Under the pieces are notes generated by a model. That model worked only from the letters and a program-made list of their open reading frames with translations, did no database searches and had not been told where the DNA came from. Made by a program: the position numbers and the translations under genes. Shown one piece after another: positions 9,591 through 19,605 of a DNA stretch of 64,000 nucleotides. Numbering within the stretch: position 1 is the stretch's first letter; each line of letters opens with the position of its first letter. Origin of the DNA: an uncultured delta proteobacterium. GTDB lineage: Bacteria > Desulfobacterota > Desulfobacteria > Desulfobacterales > UBA2156. The stretch spans positions 224,001 to 288,000 of the forward strand of contig CAVTQK010000015.1 of NCBI GenBank assembly GCA_963736855.1, written 5' to 3'.

Positions 9591-10604
9591 TCAGCAGATC
9601 CTGGGAAGTTGTTCGCCGGTGAGCATATCCACGAATCGGCTTCCACCAATGGAGGTCTTCAGGACCACTTTGCCCGAATGCGCTTCGGTTACCTCGCCTA
9701 TAATACAGGCATCCTTTCCCAACGGATCCTGTCGCATGGCGGTAAGGACCGCATTACACGCGCCTTCCGGTACAAAGGCGATGAGTTTTCCTTCGTTTGC
9801 CACATACAAGGGATCGAAACCCAGAAGGCTGCAGATACCGCGCACTTCCGGTTTGACCGGGATGTAATCTTCATGGATCACGATGCCGACTTTTGAGGCA
9901 AGAGCGATTTCGTTCAAAGTGGATCCCACGCCGCCTCGGGTGGGGTCCCTCAGGGCGTGGATCTCTTGTTTGGTTTCGAACATGCGGGCTACGAGATGGT
10001 TGAGGGGGGCTGTATCGCTGACCACTGTGCTCTCAAAGGTCATCCCCTCCCGTTGTGTCAAGACAGCGACACCGTGCTCGGCGATACTTCCGGAAAGAAG
10101 GATGCGATCCCCGATTTTCGCGTTTTGGCCCGAAACATTCACATCTTCGGGGACAACTCCAACCCCCGAAGTGTTGATGAAGATTTTATCCGCAGATCCC
10201 TTGGGTACCACCTTCGTGTCCCCGGTTACAACGAGGACCTGGGCATGGCGAGAAGCTTCCTGCATTTGCTTGCAGATGGTACTGAGATCCGAAAGGGGAA
10301 ATCCTTCCTCGATGATCAGTCCCACGGAAAGATAGAGCGGCTTTGCGCCGCACATCGCCAGGTCGTTGACCGTTCCATTTATTGCTAAATTCCCGATGCT
10401 CCCACCGGGGAAAAAAATGGGATCCACCGTGAAAGTGTCGGTGGAAAAGGCCAGCTTTCCGGCCGGCACATGAAAAACCGCGCCGTCGTCCAAACGGGAG
10501 AGGATGGGGTTGTCGAAACGAGGAACCAGCATTTCCGAGATGAGGCGGTGGGACATCTTTCCCCCGCTTCCGTGATCCAGCAGGATGATCTCTTTTTTCA
10601 TCAC
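9591..10604 (-). CDS. hypE: Hydrogenase maturation carbamoyl dehydratase
   Basis: HGSGG, TGDTKVV, RDPTRGG, C-terminal PRIC. Confidence 0.95.
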   Translation of the reverse strand: MMKKEIILLDHGSGGKMSHRLISEMLVPRFDNPILSRLDDGAVFHVPAGKLAFSTDTFTVDPIFFPGGSIGNLAINGTVNDLAMCGAKPLYLSVGLIIEEGFPLSDLSTICKQMQEASRHAQVLVVTGDTKVVPKGSADKIFINTSGVGVVPEDVNVSGQNAKIGDRILLSGSIAEHGVAVLTQREGMTFESTVVSDTAPLNHLVARMFETKQEIHALRDPTRGGVGSTLNEIALASKVGIVIHEDYIPVKPEVRGICSLLGFDPLYVANEGKLIAFVPEGACNAVLTAMRQDPLGKDACIIGEVTEAHSGKVVLKTSIGGSRFVDMLTGEQLPRIC

Positions 10605-10676
10605 ACAGGTTCCTTCTCGATTTCATAGAGCCTGACCAGCAAATCCATAGGATCATTGCGCCTTTCCCGAGTCGAC

Positions 10677-11225
10677 TTAGGGGCCTGAGGAAGGAATGGC
10701 CACGCGCCTGGCCATCCAGAAATTTTGGGCCCAGTAACCGTCGTGAAGACTGGACAGCGTGACTCCTTCCGACTTGGAGACGTGTATGAAACGAGAATCG
10801 CCGATGTAAATGCCTACGTGTCTGCCAAACCAGCCCGTCTTGAATAGGACCAGATCCCCGGCGGCCAGGTTTTGATCGGAGATGCGTTTTCCCGTTTCGG
10901 CTAAAGCTTGGGTTGTTCTGGGCAATTGAAGATCCATGTGATCCCTGAAGATGACATGTACGAAGCCGGAGCAGTCGATTCCGCTGCGGGACATCCCTCC
11001 CAGTCGGTACCGGGTTCCTTTCCAGGATTCGTATTGCGCAATCAGTCGGTCCCGGATCTGGGGTCGCGAAAGCGAAAGAGGGGGCGTCAACTTTTGAGGT
11101 TCGGGATAGTAGACCGGACCGGCGGATCGGGGAATCGTGGAACACCCCGTGCCTCCGACGAGAACGGCTATAAAAAGTGCGACGCCGACAATACCCTGAA
11201 ATGATCGATGAAACGGCTGGTTCAT
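10677..11225 (-). CDS. NlpC/P60 lipoprotein endopeptidase
   Basis: GIDCSGF, GDLVLF, HVGIYIG..FIH. Confidence 0.9.
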   Translation of the reverse strand: MNQPFHRSFQGIVGVALFIAVLVGGTGCSTIPRSAGPVYYPEPQKLTPPLSLSRPQIRDRLIAQYESWKGTRYRLGGMSRSGIDCSGFVHVIFRDHMDLQLPRTTQALAETGKRISDQNLAAGDLVLFKTGWFGRHVGIYIGDSRFIHVSKSEGVTLSSLHDGYWAQNFWMARRVAIPSSGP

Positions 11226-11361
11226 ATTACTGAGGGAGCATAAACGTTATGAGTTATTGTGTCAACGGCATGGTAATTATTATTCAGGTGGACGTTACGA
11301 TACGGGTCGGATGGGAAAGCGGATCTACGAGGTATTAAATAGACATGACGGGACGGGGACG

Positions 11362-11745
11362 TCAGTCGACACGGCCGAAACCCCATGAAAAGGGCTGTTT
11401 GAACATCTCGTGACCGCCGAAGCGAACTCCGAAGAACATAATTTCGGCCATGGCCGTAGACCCCAGGCGTCTGGCCACGTCGATCATTAATTCTGCATCT
11501 GCTATTAAGCGCTCCACGTTTTCCCCCGGATAACCCGCCCAATATTTTAAGTCATGCAGAAAACATGCCGGATAGAGATCAACACCTTTCCAGATATCCA
11601 CCCATAGGGAACACCCATCGCTCTTGAAGGGCCTTTGAGGAACATCTTTCTCGATTTTGACCCAGAGGGCGGAAAGTCCGTAAAAATTACAAATCTCCCG
11701 GATCCGCTCGAGAGGAACTTCCTCCCCTTTTTTAGGCAATTTCAT
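11362..11745 (-). CDS. Hypothetical protein with prokaryotic phospholipase-A2-like motif
   Basis: DGCS...C..HD..Y...AD..L pattern; GGAGG RBS. Confidence 0.55.
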   Translation of the reverse strand: MKLPKKGEEVPLERIREICNFYGLSALWVKIEKDVPQRPFKSDGCSLWVDIWKGVDLYPACFLHDLKYWAGYPGENVERLIADAELMIDVARRLGSTAMAEIMFFGVRFGGHEMFKQPFSWGFGRVD

Positions 11746-11969
11746 ATGCGTCCTCCTGCTTCAGGCTTCGGTTAAAACCGGACAAAGAATTACCAGAATT
11801 GTGAAGAAGGATAAACAGGATAATAGATTAGTCTTTTCAATCAGATATAAAATGCGCGGTCTATTTACGGAGCTGACCGGTTTGACGACAGCCTTTTTCG
11901 TTCTTAATTTAAGTAATTATGGATAACCGTTTTGTGAGTTTGCCTAATGCCAAATGAAAGGAGACAAAA

Positions 11970-12419
11970 ATGAAAAAATCGGCATTTATGATGATGGTTG
12001 TGATCGCAGGAATGGTATTGATCAGCGGAATTTTTGCCCAGGCGGCTGAGGAAACCCTGGTTTCCAAGCTGGTTCGTGAGTTGGGTGTCACAGAGAAACA
12101 GGCTTCCGGCGGTGCAGGGGCCCTTTTGAAACACGCTCAGAGCGGTCTTGGTGAAGCGGATTTCGGGAAAGTCACAGCGGCGCTGCCTGAAGTCACTTCC
12201 TTGCTTAAAACCGCTCCGGAGAGTATGGGTAAAGGGATGGGCGCCGGTCTGGGTAAGGGATTAGAGAAGGCGGGCGGCATGGCCGGCGTGACCAAGGTTT
12301 TTAACACGCTGGGGATGAAGCCGGACATGGTCGGCAAATTCGTTCCTTCGATTCTCTCTTATGCCGAATCGAAGGGTGGAACTCCGGTTATGGAGATCCT
12401 GAAGAATGTTCTGAAGTAA
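11970..12419 (+). CDS. DUF2780-like exported protein
   Basis: Signal peptide, LGVT..QA.GGAGALL, F..LGM..DMV.KF. Confidence 0.75.
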   Translation: MKKSAFMMMVVIAGMVLISGIFAQAAEETLVSKLVRELGVTEKQASGGAGALLKHAQSGLGEADFGKVTAALPEVTSLLKTAPESMGKGMGAGLGKGLEKAGGMAGVTKVFNTLGMKPDMVGKFVPSILSYAESKGGTPVMEILKNVLK

Positions 12420-12448
12420 AATGCGGGGATGTTTGCAGAAGGTGCATC

Positions 12449-12823
12449 ATGAATAAAGGATACTTTGAAGAAACCCGTGGGATCGGAGTCCTGGCGACGG
12501 CCGACGCTGAGGGAAATGTAAACACCGCCATATACGCCAGACCCCATGTGATGGAGGATGGTACCCTTGCCTTCATCATGCGGGACCGATTGACCCATCA
12601 CAACCTCCAGTCCAATCCTAAGGCTGCATATCTTTTCATGGAAGAAGGCAAGGGATACAAAGGGATTCGCCTGCACCTGTTAAAAAATCGGGAGGAGCAA
12701 GACCCGGAAAAGATTGAGCGCTTCCGCAGGCGTCAATACGTCAGTGACAAGGATGAGGCCCGGTTTCTGGTTTATTTCAAGGTTGAAAAGAAGCTTCCGC
12801 TGATCGGCACGAGTCCCGAATAA
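12449..12823 (+). CDS. Pyridoxamine 5'-phosphate oxidase family protein
   Basis: GVLATAD.EG, NLQSNPKAAYLF, YKGIRL. Confidence 0.8.
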   Translation: MNKGYFEETRGIGVLATADAEGNVNTAIYARPHVMEDGTLAFIMRDRLTHHNLQSNPKAAYLFMEEGKGYKGIRLHLLKNREEQDPEKIERFRRRQYVSDKDEARFLVYFKVEKKLPLIGTSPE

Positions 12824-13039
12824 GTGTCCTTAAGGTTTATCCCGGGGCGTCTCCCGCTTTCTCGAAATGGGCATTTTCAATCCCATCAAGAAGTAAATAG
12901 GAGACGATCCGTATACAAACCGGTACCACGCCGAGACGATGAATAAATCCCAGAAGATGCGGATGGGCGGTTTCTAGAAGATTGCAGATTGCGCTCTATC
13001 GGAAATGCTAAAGTCTGCGCTCGAGAAAAAGAAGGAGAT

Positions 13040-14275
13040 TCACCCATCGGCTTTTCTGGAGGCCATCCCTGATGAAGGCATTTTTTTTGTTTGTGTTCCA
13101 GAATCGTAAAGGGATTTCAGCACCCCGTCGAAATAGTCGGGGAGGTAGCGATCCCAGAGCCGGATGGGAAGAGCGGTCAGTTCGGTTTTCTCGGATTCCG
13201 CAAAGGCAAACAGGTACTCCATGAGAAATTCGATGTTGCAGGCCAGCTGCCCCTTGTATTGTTGATCGAGGCGCTGACGCAGGATCCGTTCCTCATGCAT
13301 GGATTGTCCGATTTCGCTTTCCAGCATCTCCTGATAGTTGCACACAATGACTTCCAGCTCCACGCTTTCCTCGGCCTCTAGTACGAAGTCACGGAAAAGT
13401 CGTCGGACCTCATCGGGACCCATCCCCCATTTTTGCATGGAATCGAAAGTCTGTCGTTTCATGGGGTTCGAAAGGAGTTCTTCTTTATCCGGTTGATACC
13501 GAATAATCAAGTTGATGGCGTTGTATAATCCGCTGTGGTCCTCCCTTTCGAAAAGATCGCAGCAGTGCGTCTCCGAGATACGATCAAAGAAATGCTGACG
13601 GTGTGAATCTTCAACGATGACTTTTACGCCGGCGACGTCCCGGATGATCATCCCGTGGTTTTCTTCGATGGGGCGTCCGTTTTTCAGATCGTCAAGCAGG
13701 CGGCCTTCGGCTTTGAGGAACTCCTCGATCATTTTCGACTGCGGGGTAATCAGGAGTTCCACGGGGATACCCAAATGGAGAGCCCGGTCCCGGGCCAACG
13801 CATCGGCGCGTTTTCGGATGTCGATATACATCCGGTCGATGATACGGCGGGCGGCCTTTTCCGCCAGACGTCGGGAACGCTTGATACGGTTGGAACCAAT
13901 ATAGCGGAAGCCCCCGGAATGTTCGACAAAATAGAGTATGCTCTGGAACGGGGTCTCCCGGTAGTACACTCCTGGATCGATACGATATGCCGAGATCATC
14001 GCATCGATTCTCGGATTATGATAGGGGAGGTTTTCGACGATGACGTCTTTGAGATCGGCCTTGCTGGTCGCTTTCCGCATTTTAAGGGGGACGTCGTGGA
14101 GCAGACCAAAGATTTTTTCGGAGAAAGCCGGCAGGTAGCTCTGGATAAAAGCGCTGTTGAAGTGTATGAGTCGGTTGAGAATCTCGGCGTCGGAGGGGTT
14201 CGGAGTATTATACATCCATCGGGTGATAAGCTGTTTCAAGGCATCCCGATGCAAAATGCCGCTAATAGTAATCAT
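13040..14275 (-). CDS. Hypothetical protein, divergent RelA/SpoT synthetase-like
   Basis: RIK....AEK, DVAGVKVI, SGLYNAINL, ELEV...ESEIG.SMH. Confidence 0.55.
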   Translation of the reverse strand: MITISGILHRDALKQLITRWMYNTPNPSDAEILNRLIHFNSAFIQSYLPAFSEKIFGLLHDVPLKMRKATSKADLKDVIVENLPYHNPRIDAMISAYRIDPGVYYRETPFQSILYFVEHSGGFRYIGSNRIKRSRRLAEKAARRIIDRMYIDIRKRADALARDRALHLGIPVELLITPQSKMIEEFLKAEGRLLDDLKNGRPIEENHGMIIRDVAGVKVIVEDSHRQHFFDRISETHCCDLFEREDHSGLYNAINLIIRYQPDKEELLSNPMKRQTFDSMQKWGMGPDEVRRLFRDFVLEAEESVELEVIVCNYQEMLESEIGQSMHEERILRQRLDQQYKGQLACNIEFLMEYLFAFAESEKTELTALPIRLWDRYLPDYFDGVLKSLYDSGTQTKKMPSSGMASRKADG

Positions 14276-14320
14276 ATTACCGCAAGATATCCGAAAAGTG
14301 CTTATATGCCAAGATCAATT

Positions 14321-14480
14321 TTGATGAAATCGTAAAAACTCAAACCTAAATTGAGCGATTTTCGAATTTACCGCAGATGCAAGGCGCGGAAATCCTGAGG
14401 AATGAGGCGTACATATGGTTACGCCGCAATGACGAAGGATGCAGTGCAACGCAGCAGATGGACTTTTTAGGAGCGAGTCA
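14321..14480 (-). repeat. MITE-like palindromic repeat, copy 1
   Basis: Largely the reverse complement of 63520-63676. Confidence 0.8.
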
Positions 14481-14552
14481 CTTTTTCGAATGAGTGATTG
14501 AATGACATCATGCTCAATTTTAGCTCTAAGGCCATTTCCATGTTTCTCAGGC

Positions 14553-15819
14553 TTAACGCTGAAGTGCCTTTTCAGGGGTGGTGATCAGAATCTCCAGATC
14601 TTCTCCTTGCATTTTTAAAGGTATCACCGCGATATTGTTTTGCTTATCCAAAAAACAGCTTCTTTTACCCTTGTCGGGTAAAAATGTGGCATGAGCAAAA
14701 CGGGGAGAGCCTGGATCAGCGTCCATGATCCGAACTGTACCGGTACCTTCCATAGCCTCCGGATCGACCCTGAGGATGAGAAGCCCAGCATCGGAAATCA
14801 AACGGTCAGAGCCAATGGGTTGACGGTTTTCCAAGAGGTAATAGATACCTCCTTGGAGAGGAATTTTCACCACCAAAGGATTGCCTCCCTTGGCTAACGG
14901 TACCAAGATCACTCGCTTTTCTTCGCCCGGTTTTACATGCACAACCTGATCATCGGTAATCCAACCCAACCGGATTCTGGTAAAGGAAGACAACCCGGGC
15001 GGGGGCGCATCCCTTTTAATCAGGTGTGAGGACATGACATCCCATGGACCCATGTAAGTAGTGCAATCTTCCCATTTCATTTTCGCTGAAGCGTCAGCCT
15101 GACGCTCGAAGTCATAAAGTCAGGGAACCAGGCGTTGGTTGTTGTACACCCCCCCCAGGGCATGAAAGAAGTCATGGGCAAACATACCTATGTGGGAATT
15201 TTCGGTGCCTACAAATATCCCCCCTGAAAATTCCTTGCCGCCCTTTGAGCGAAGGGTAAGATATTCCGGGTTTCTCCGCACACCCGTCAGCATACCGGGA
15301 TTGGCACAGTAGCAGGGCATGCCGTAACCCTTGTCAGAGACCGTTTGGACGCCGGGTACAATGAGCATGTGTTGATAAGCGGAGAAGTCCACCTCTTTTT
15401 CAAGACCGGTCATGGCGTCCCCGATGAGTTTTCTCACCCTATTGCGGTCCACCTTAAAATTGTCTTGAGCTGACCCGATACTCGGAGACAGGGTCGGGCA
15501 TCAAGACCCAGCCTGTCATATGGGCATCGATCCGAGCCTTGCCATACGATTGATCACGGACGTATTCGTTGAGCCGTGTTACTGCCTTGTACTTGATTTG
15601 ATCCAGGGAAAGATTCGGTTTTACGTCAGGAAACCGGACAGGAACCACGAGGAGGCGGATTTCTCCTTGTGCCTTCTGGGATTGAGGACCCAATAAGTCT
15701 GTAACTCGCGGTTGGCGATATTGGATTTCTGCACTTTCCTTCTGCTTCTGGATAGAACCGGTCCCTGTCTGGCAGGCGCATAAAAAAAACATCATAAAAA
15801 GCCATGTCCAATGTTTCAT
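14553..15819 (-). CDS. M6 (InhA-like) metalloprotease-domain lipoprotein; in-frame TGA at 15120-15122 (putative Sec); +1 frameshift at ~15465
   Basis: LCAC lipobox, LLVVPVRFPD, AHDFFHALG...VP*LYD, GPWDVMS, RLGWI, YYLLENRQ..G.D; three ORFs join into one. Confidence 0.7.
15090..15119 (-). promoter_or_regulatory. Putative bacterial SECIS element
   Basis: Perfect stem AGCGTCA-GGC-TGACGCT starting 13 nt after the in-frame TGA. Confidence 0.6.
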
Positions 15820-15869
15820 AGATCTTTTCCTGTCTTTAGTTATTGGGTGGGATCAGCATGTTATGAAAC

Positions 15870-17660
15870 TTATTCTATTCGCTTGGGAATTTCCAACCTA
15901 AATATAGTTCCCCGGCCAGCTTGGCTGTCGACCTTGATGCTGCCGCCATGATCCTCGACAATCTTTCGCACGATAGCCAGACCCAAACCGGTTCCGCCGT
16001 GCCGGCCGTCGGATACGAACGACTCGAACAGACGGTGGCGGATCGCTTCAGGAATACCGGCACCGTCATCGCTAAAGAGGAAACACACATTTTTACCGGC
16101 ATCTTCCACTTCCACCCGGAAATGACCGCCATCAGGCATGGCCTGGCGGGCGTTGCGTGCCAGGTTGAACACCACTCGGCGCAGCTTGTTTTCATCCGCC
16201 CGCAACGGTCCCTGGTAGCGATCATGGATATCCAGCTTAATACGTGCCGGTGTCAGCTCTTTCTCCAGCAGTTCTCGTATCTCTTCGAGGAACTTGTTGG
16301 TGTAAATCTTGTACAGGAGTATCTGGCTTTCTCCCCGGGCAAAAGCCAGCAATTCATGGATCATGGTATCGATGAAATCAAACTGCCGCAGAATGATCTC
16401 GATTTTTTGTCGGCGGCTCTCGCTACCGGGTTCCATGGCCATCAATTGTACATAGCCGGAGATGATGGTCATAGGGGTGCGAATGTCATGGATGACTCCG
16501 GAGAGCATCTTTCCGATGGAGCTTAAGCGATTTTCTTTTTCACGCTCCTCCCGGCGAGTCCAGGTGATCAAAGCCGAGTGAGCCTGACCGGCGATGAGTG
16601 TGGCCAGTTTTTCGTCTTCGATGCCGAATTTCCCCTTGTGCTTGTTGAGCAATTCAAGTGCACCGATGTTCTCGCCTCCTGCTCCCAGGGGTACGGCCAA
16701 AATATTGCGCACCGGAAAATCCAGCTCTTTCTCCAACGAAACCAGGTGCCGCGGGTCGGAAGAAGGATCGTCCACCAGGGCGCTTTGGCCGTTTTCGGCA
16801 ACCCAGCCGGCAACTCCGCTTCCGCGCTTTAAGCGGATGCGCTTGATCTGATTCGCCTGGGAGCCGACCGCCTCGGGAAATAGCAACTCCTGGCCATTTT
16901 CGTCCAGCAGAACGATGCTTCCTGCTTCGCAGTCCAACAGTTCAACGGTTTGTCGCAACAGACGACCCAACATTTCATCGATGTCCAAAGATGTGGCAAT
17001 TTCGCGCTCCAGGGTAAAAAGCGCATCCAATTCCTGAATGCGGCGAGTCAGCTGCTCCTTCGCTGTTACCAATTCGATATTGCGGGACATCAGCCCCAGC
17101 ACCAGCCTCGTGTTCTCTATCGCCACCGCCACTTGAGAACAGATGGCTTCAAGCAGCTTCTCATCAGCCGCCGAGAAATAACCTTGGCGCTTGTTTAATG
17201 ACTGTACGACTCCCAGCACCTCCCCGCTTTTGCTACACAGCGGGACACTAAGAAGGCTCCTTGTGCGGTAGCCGCTTTGCTTGTCGATATCCGGATTGAA
17301 ACGATCGTCGGCATAGGCATCATTCAGGTTGAGAGTGCAGCCGTGTCGCGCCACCCAGCCGGCAACGCCTTGATTTAAAGGCAGCCGGAGTTCCTGCATG
17401 CCTTCACCTTGGGCCACCTTGGACCACAATTCACCCCGCTCTTTGTCCAACAGAAAAATGGAGGATCGTTCCGCCTCCATCAAGGCAGTGACGTTTTCAG
17501 CCACTAAACGCAGCAATTGGTCGAAGTCGCCCACGGCGGTGAGGCTGCGGCCTACTTCTATCATGGCCGCACAACGTCCTTCGGAGCGTTTCAGATCGGA
17601 ACGCAGGCGGAACATCTCTTGGCTGGCTTTGTCTCCGGAGATCTTTTCTTTATCCGCCAT
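15870..17660 (-). CDS. GAF-GAF sensor histidine kinase
   Basis: Two GAF domains (NKxxG.F...DE), HDIRTP H-box, NLARNA, GTGLGL. Confidence 0.9.
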   Translation of the reverse strand: MADKEKISGDKASQEMFRLRSDLKRSEGRCAAMIEVGRSLTAVGDFDQLLRLVAENVTALMEAERSSIFLLDKERGELWSKVAQGEGMQELRLPLNQGVAGWVARHGCTLNLNDAYADDRFNPDIDKQSGYRTRSLLSVPLCSKSGEVLGVVQSLNKRQGYFSAADEKLLEAICSQVAVAIENTRLVLGLMSRNIELVTAKEQLTRRIQELDALFTLEREIATSLDIDEMLGRLLRQTVELLDCEAGSIVLLDENGQELLFPEAVGSQANQIKRIRLKRGSGVAGWVAENGQSALVDDPSSDPRHLVSLEKELDFPVRNILAVPLGAGGENIGALELLNKHKGKFGIEDEKLATLIAGQAHSALITWTRREEREKENRLSSIGKMLSGVIHDIRTPMTIISGYVQLMAMEPGSESRRQKIEIILRQFDFIDTMIHELLAFARGESQILLYKIYTNKFLEEIRELLEKELTPARIKLDIHDRYQGPLRADENKLRRVVFNLARNARQAMPDGGHFRVEVEDAGKNVCFLFSDDGAGIPEAIRHRLFESFVSDGRHGGTGLGLAIVRKIVEDHGGSIKVDSQAGRGTIFRLEIPKRIE

Positions 17661-18492
17661 TCTAATCCTAACCTTTGGGCTATAGGCCAGTTGAAACCTT
17701 GGATTAAATGGATCATCAGCGGAATATTCAGCGGGGCCGGGCTCTCCATCTTCTCATGAACCCGTGGCTATGCCGGTTCCCCCTTTGCCTCGGGACCTCG
17801 AATACCCGTTCTTTTTTTGTCTGAACCATCACGCAGCTATTTAACACTTTTCCGAAAAACTCAGTGCAGGTAGTTGCCACAATCATCATACCGATATCCG
17901 TTTCTCCCTTGATGCGTGTCTGCTGGAGAATGCATCCATCATTCGGTATCGGCCCGACAAAAAAGGCCTTTCTATCCCAACATCTGCGGCCCAAGATATG
18001 GGAACATGGGGTTATAATAATCAGTAAGTAACAATTATAGCAAAAGGGATGCGCTGTCAATCGGAATTTAATCGGTAATCAAGAGATATGATAGCTGGTT
18101 TAATTTCTAGATTGCAGGTTTTTTCGAATCATAACCCAAACAGGATCATGTTTTTATGAAACATTTACGGCTGATCACCAATCATTTTGATTCACATTAA
18201 AAAAAGCTCTATGTCGAAGTGGCAAGCTTGTGCGAAGCACGCAGACAGGTGAACTGTGTTTGAATCGGCTTCAATTTCATCAACATGCCGATAAAATTCC
18301 GATTGACAGCGCATTCACCTTCGGATAATTGAAAATCTATAAGCCTTGTCAAATGCAGGTTCCCATATTTTCTGGTGCAGATGATGGAAAAACACAATTC
18401 AGTCCTGCACTTAATCCGCCCACAAAAAAGCGACTTTTTATCAGTTTTTAGCCTCGCACCACCGAACTACCCACATTCATAGGAGGGATACC

Positions 18493-19410
18493 ATGAGAAT
18501 TGCCTTAATTGGTCAGGCGGCTTTCGGTGCAGATGTCTTTAAGGGTTTGCTGAACAACGGTCAGCAAGTCGTGGGGGTCTTTTGCCCGCCGGATCAGGGG
18601 ACCAGGAAGGACCCCTTGAAGGAGGCGGCCCTTGCCGAAGGGGCGCCGATCTTCCAGCCCGGCCACATGCGGGACCCCGATGCCTACGAGGCCATGGTCT
18701 CCCTGAAGGCTGATTTGGGGGTGCTGGCCTTTGTCACCGACATTATTCCGCCTAAGGTCTTCAACGCCCCTCGGTTGGGTTCCATCTGCTATCATCCTTC
18801 CATTTTGCCCCGCTACCGGGGCTCCAGCGCCATCAACTGGGCGGTGATCGGCGGTGAAACCGAGACCGGGCTCACCATTTTCTGGGTGGACCAGGGCATC
18901 GACACCGGTGACATCCTCTTGCAACTAACGGTGCCCATCGGCCCCGCCGAGACCACCGGGGAAGTATATTTCAACAAGCTCTACCCCATGGGAGTGGCGG
19001 CGGTGCTGGAGGCGGTGGAACTGATCGCCAAGGGCAAGGCTCCCCGCATCCCCCAGGATCACTCCCTGGCCAGCTATGATCCGCCCTGCGACGAAAAAGT
19101 GGCGGGTCTCGTCTGGAAAAAGCCGGCCCGTCAGGTCTTTAATTTCATCCGGGGCTGCGATCCCCAGCCCGGGGCCACCTCCACCTTCCGGGGCGAGAAG
19201 GTTAAATTTTATAACGCCGCCTTTTTAGCAGAACCGGCTGACGCAGTCCCCGGAGAAATCCTGGCGGTGACCGATAAGGGCCTCAAAGTGGCGGCGGCCG
19301 GCGGTGCCCTGCTCATTTCCCGCTTCCGCACCAAAGAGCTGGGCAAGGTAAAGGCGCCGGATTTTATTGCGGCCAAGCAGCCTAAGGCGGGGGAAAAATT
19401 CGGGGATTAG
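18493..19410 (+). CDS. Formyltransferase family protein (10-formyl-THF dehydrogenase N-domain-like)
   Basis: IGQ..FG, YHPSILPRYRGSSAINW, DTGDILLQ, IRGCDPQPGA. Confidence 0.85.
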   Translation: MRIALIGQAAFGADVFKGLLNNGQQVVGVFCPPDQGTRKDPLKEAALAEGAPIFQPGHMRDPDAYEAMVSLKADLGVLAFVTDIIPPKVFNAPRLGSICYHPSILPRYRGSSAINWAVIGGETETGLTIFWVDQGIDTGDILLQLTVPIGPAETTGEVYFNKLYPMGVAAVLEAVELIAKGKAPRIPQDHSLASYDPPCDEKVAGLVWKKPARQVFNFIRGCDPQPGATSTFRGEKVKFYNAAFLAEPADAVPGEILAVTDKGLKVAAAGGALLISRFRTKELGKVKAPDFIAAKQPKAGEKFGD

Positions 19411-19429
19411 AGGTCATTCAGACTTTGCC

Positions 19430-19580
19430 ATCCCTTGCTTTCGGTCTGGGTCTTTTCTTCTTCACCGGGAAGGCCAACGACTTCTTTATCTTTATGGTGA
19501 TCTCCCTGCTTGTTCTTACCTTTTGTATCCGAGATATGCCGACTGGAAAAGGTCGGCGCAGCAGGATGTATCATTGATCC
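19430..19580 (+). pseudogene. Membrane-protein gene fragment
   Basis: Reads FGLGLFFFTG..DFFIFMVISLLVL then, after a frameshift, YPRYADW; no start codon. Confidence 0.3.
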
Positions 19581-19605
19581 GTCTTCCAGATAAGTTGGGC
19601 AAGCC

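Noticed and set aside
17728..18397. Small ORFs in the kinase-formyltransferase gap
   Set aside because: No motifs; likely regulatory or degenerate DNA
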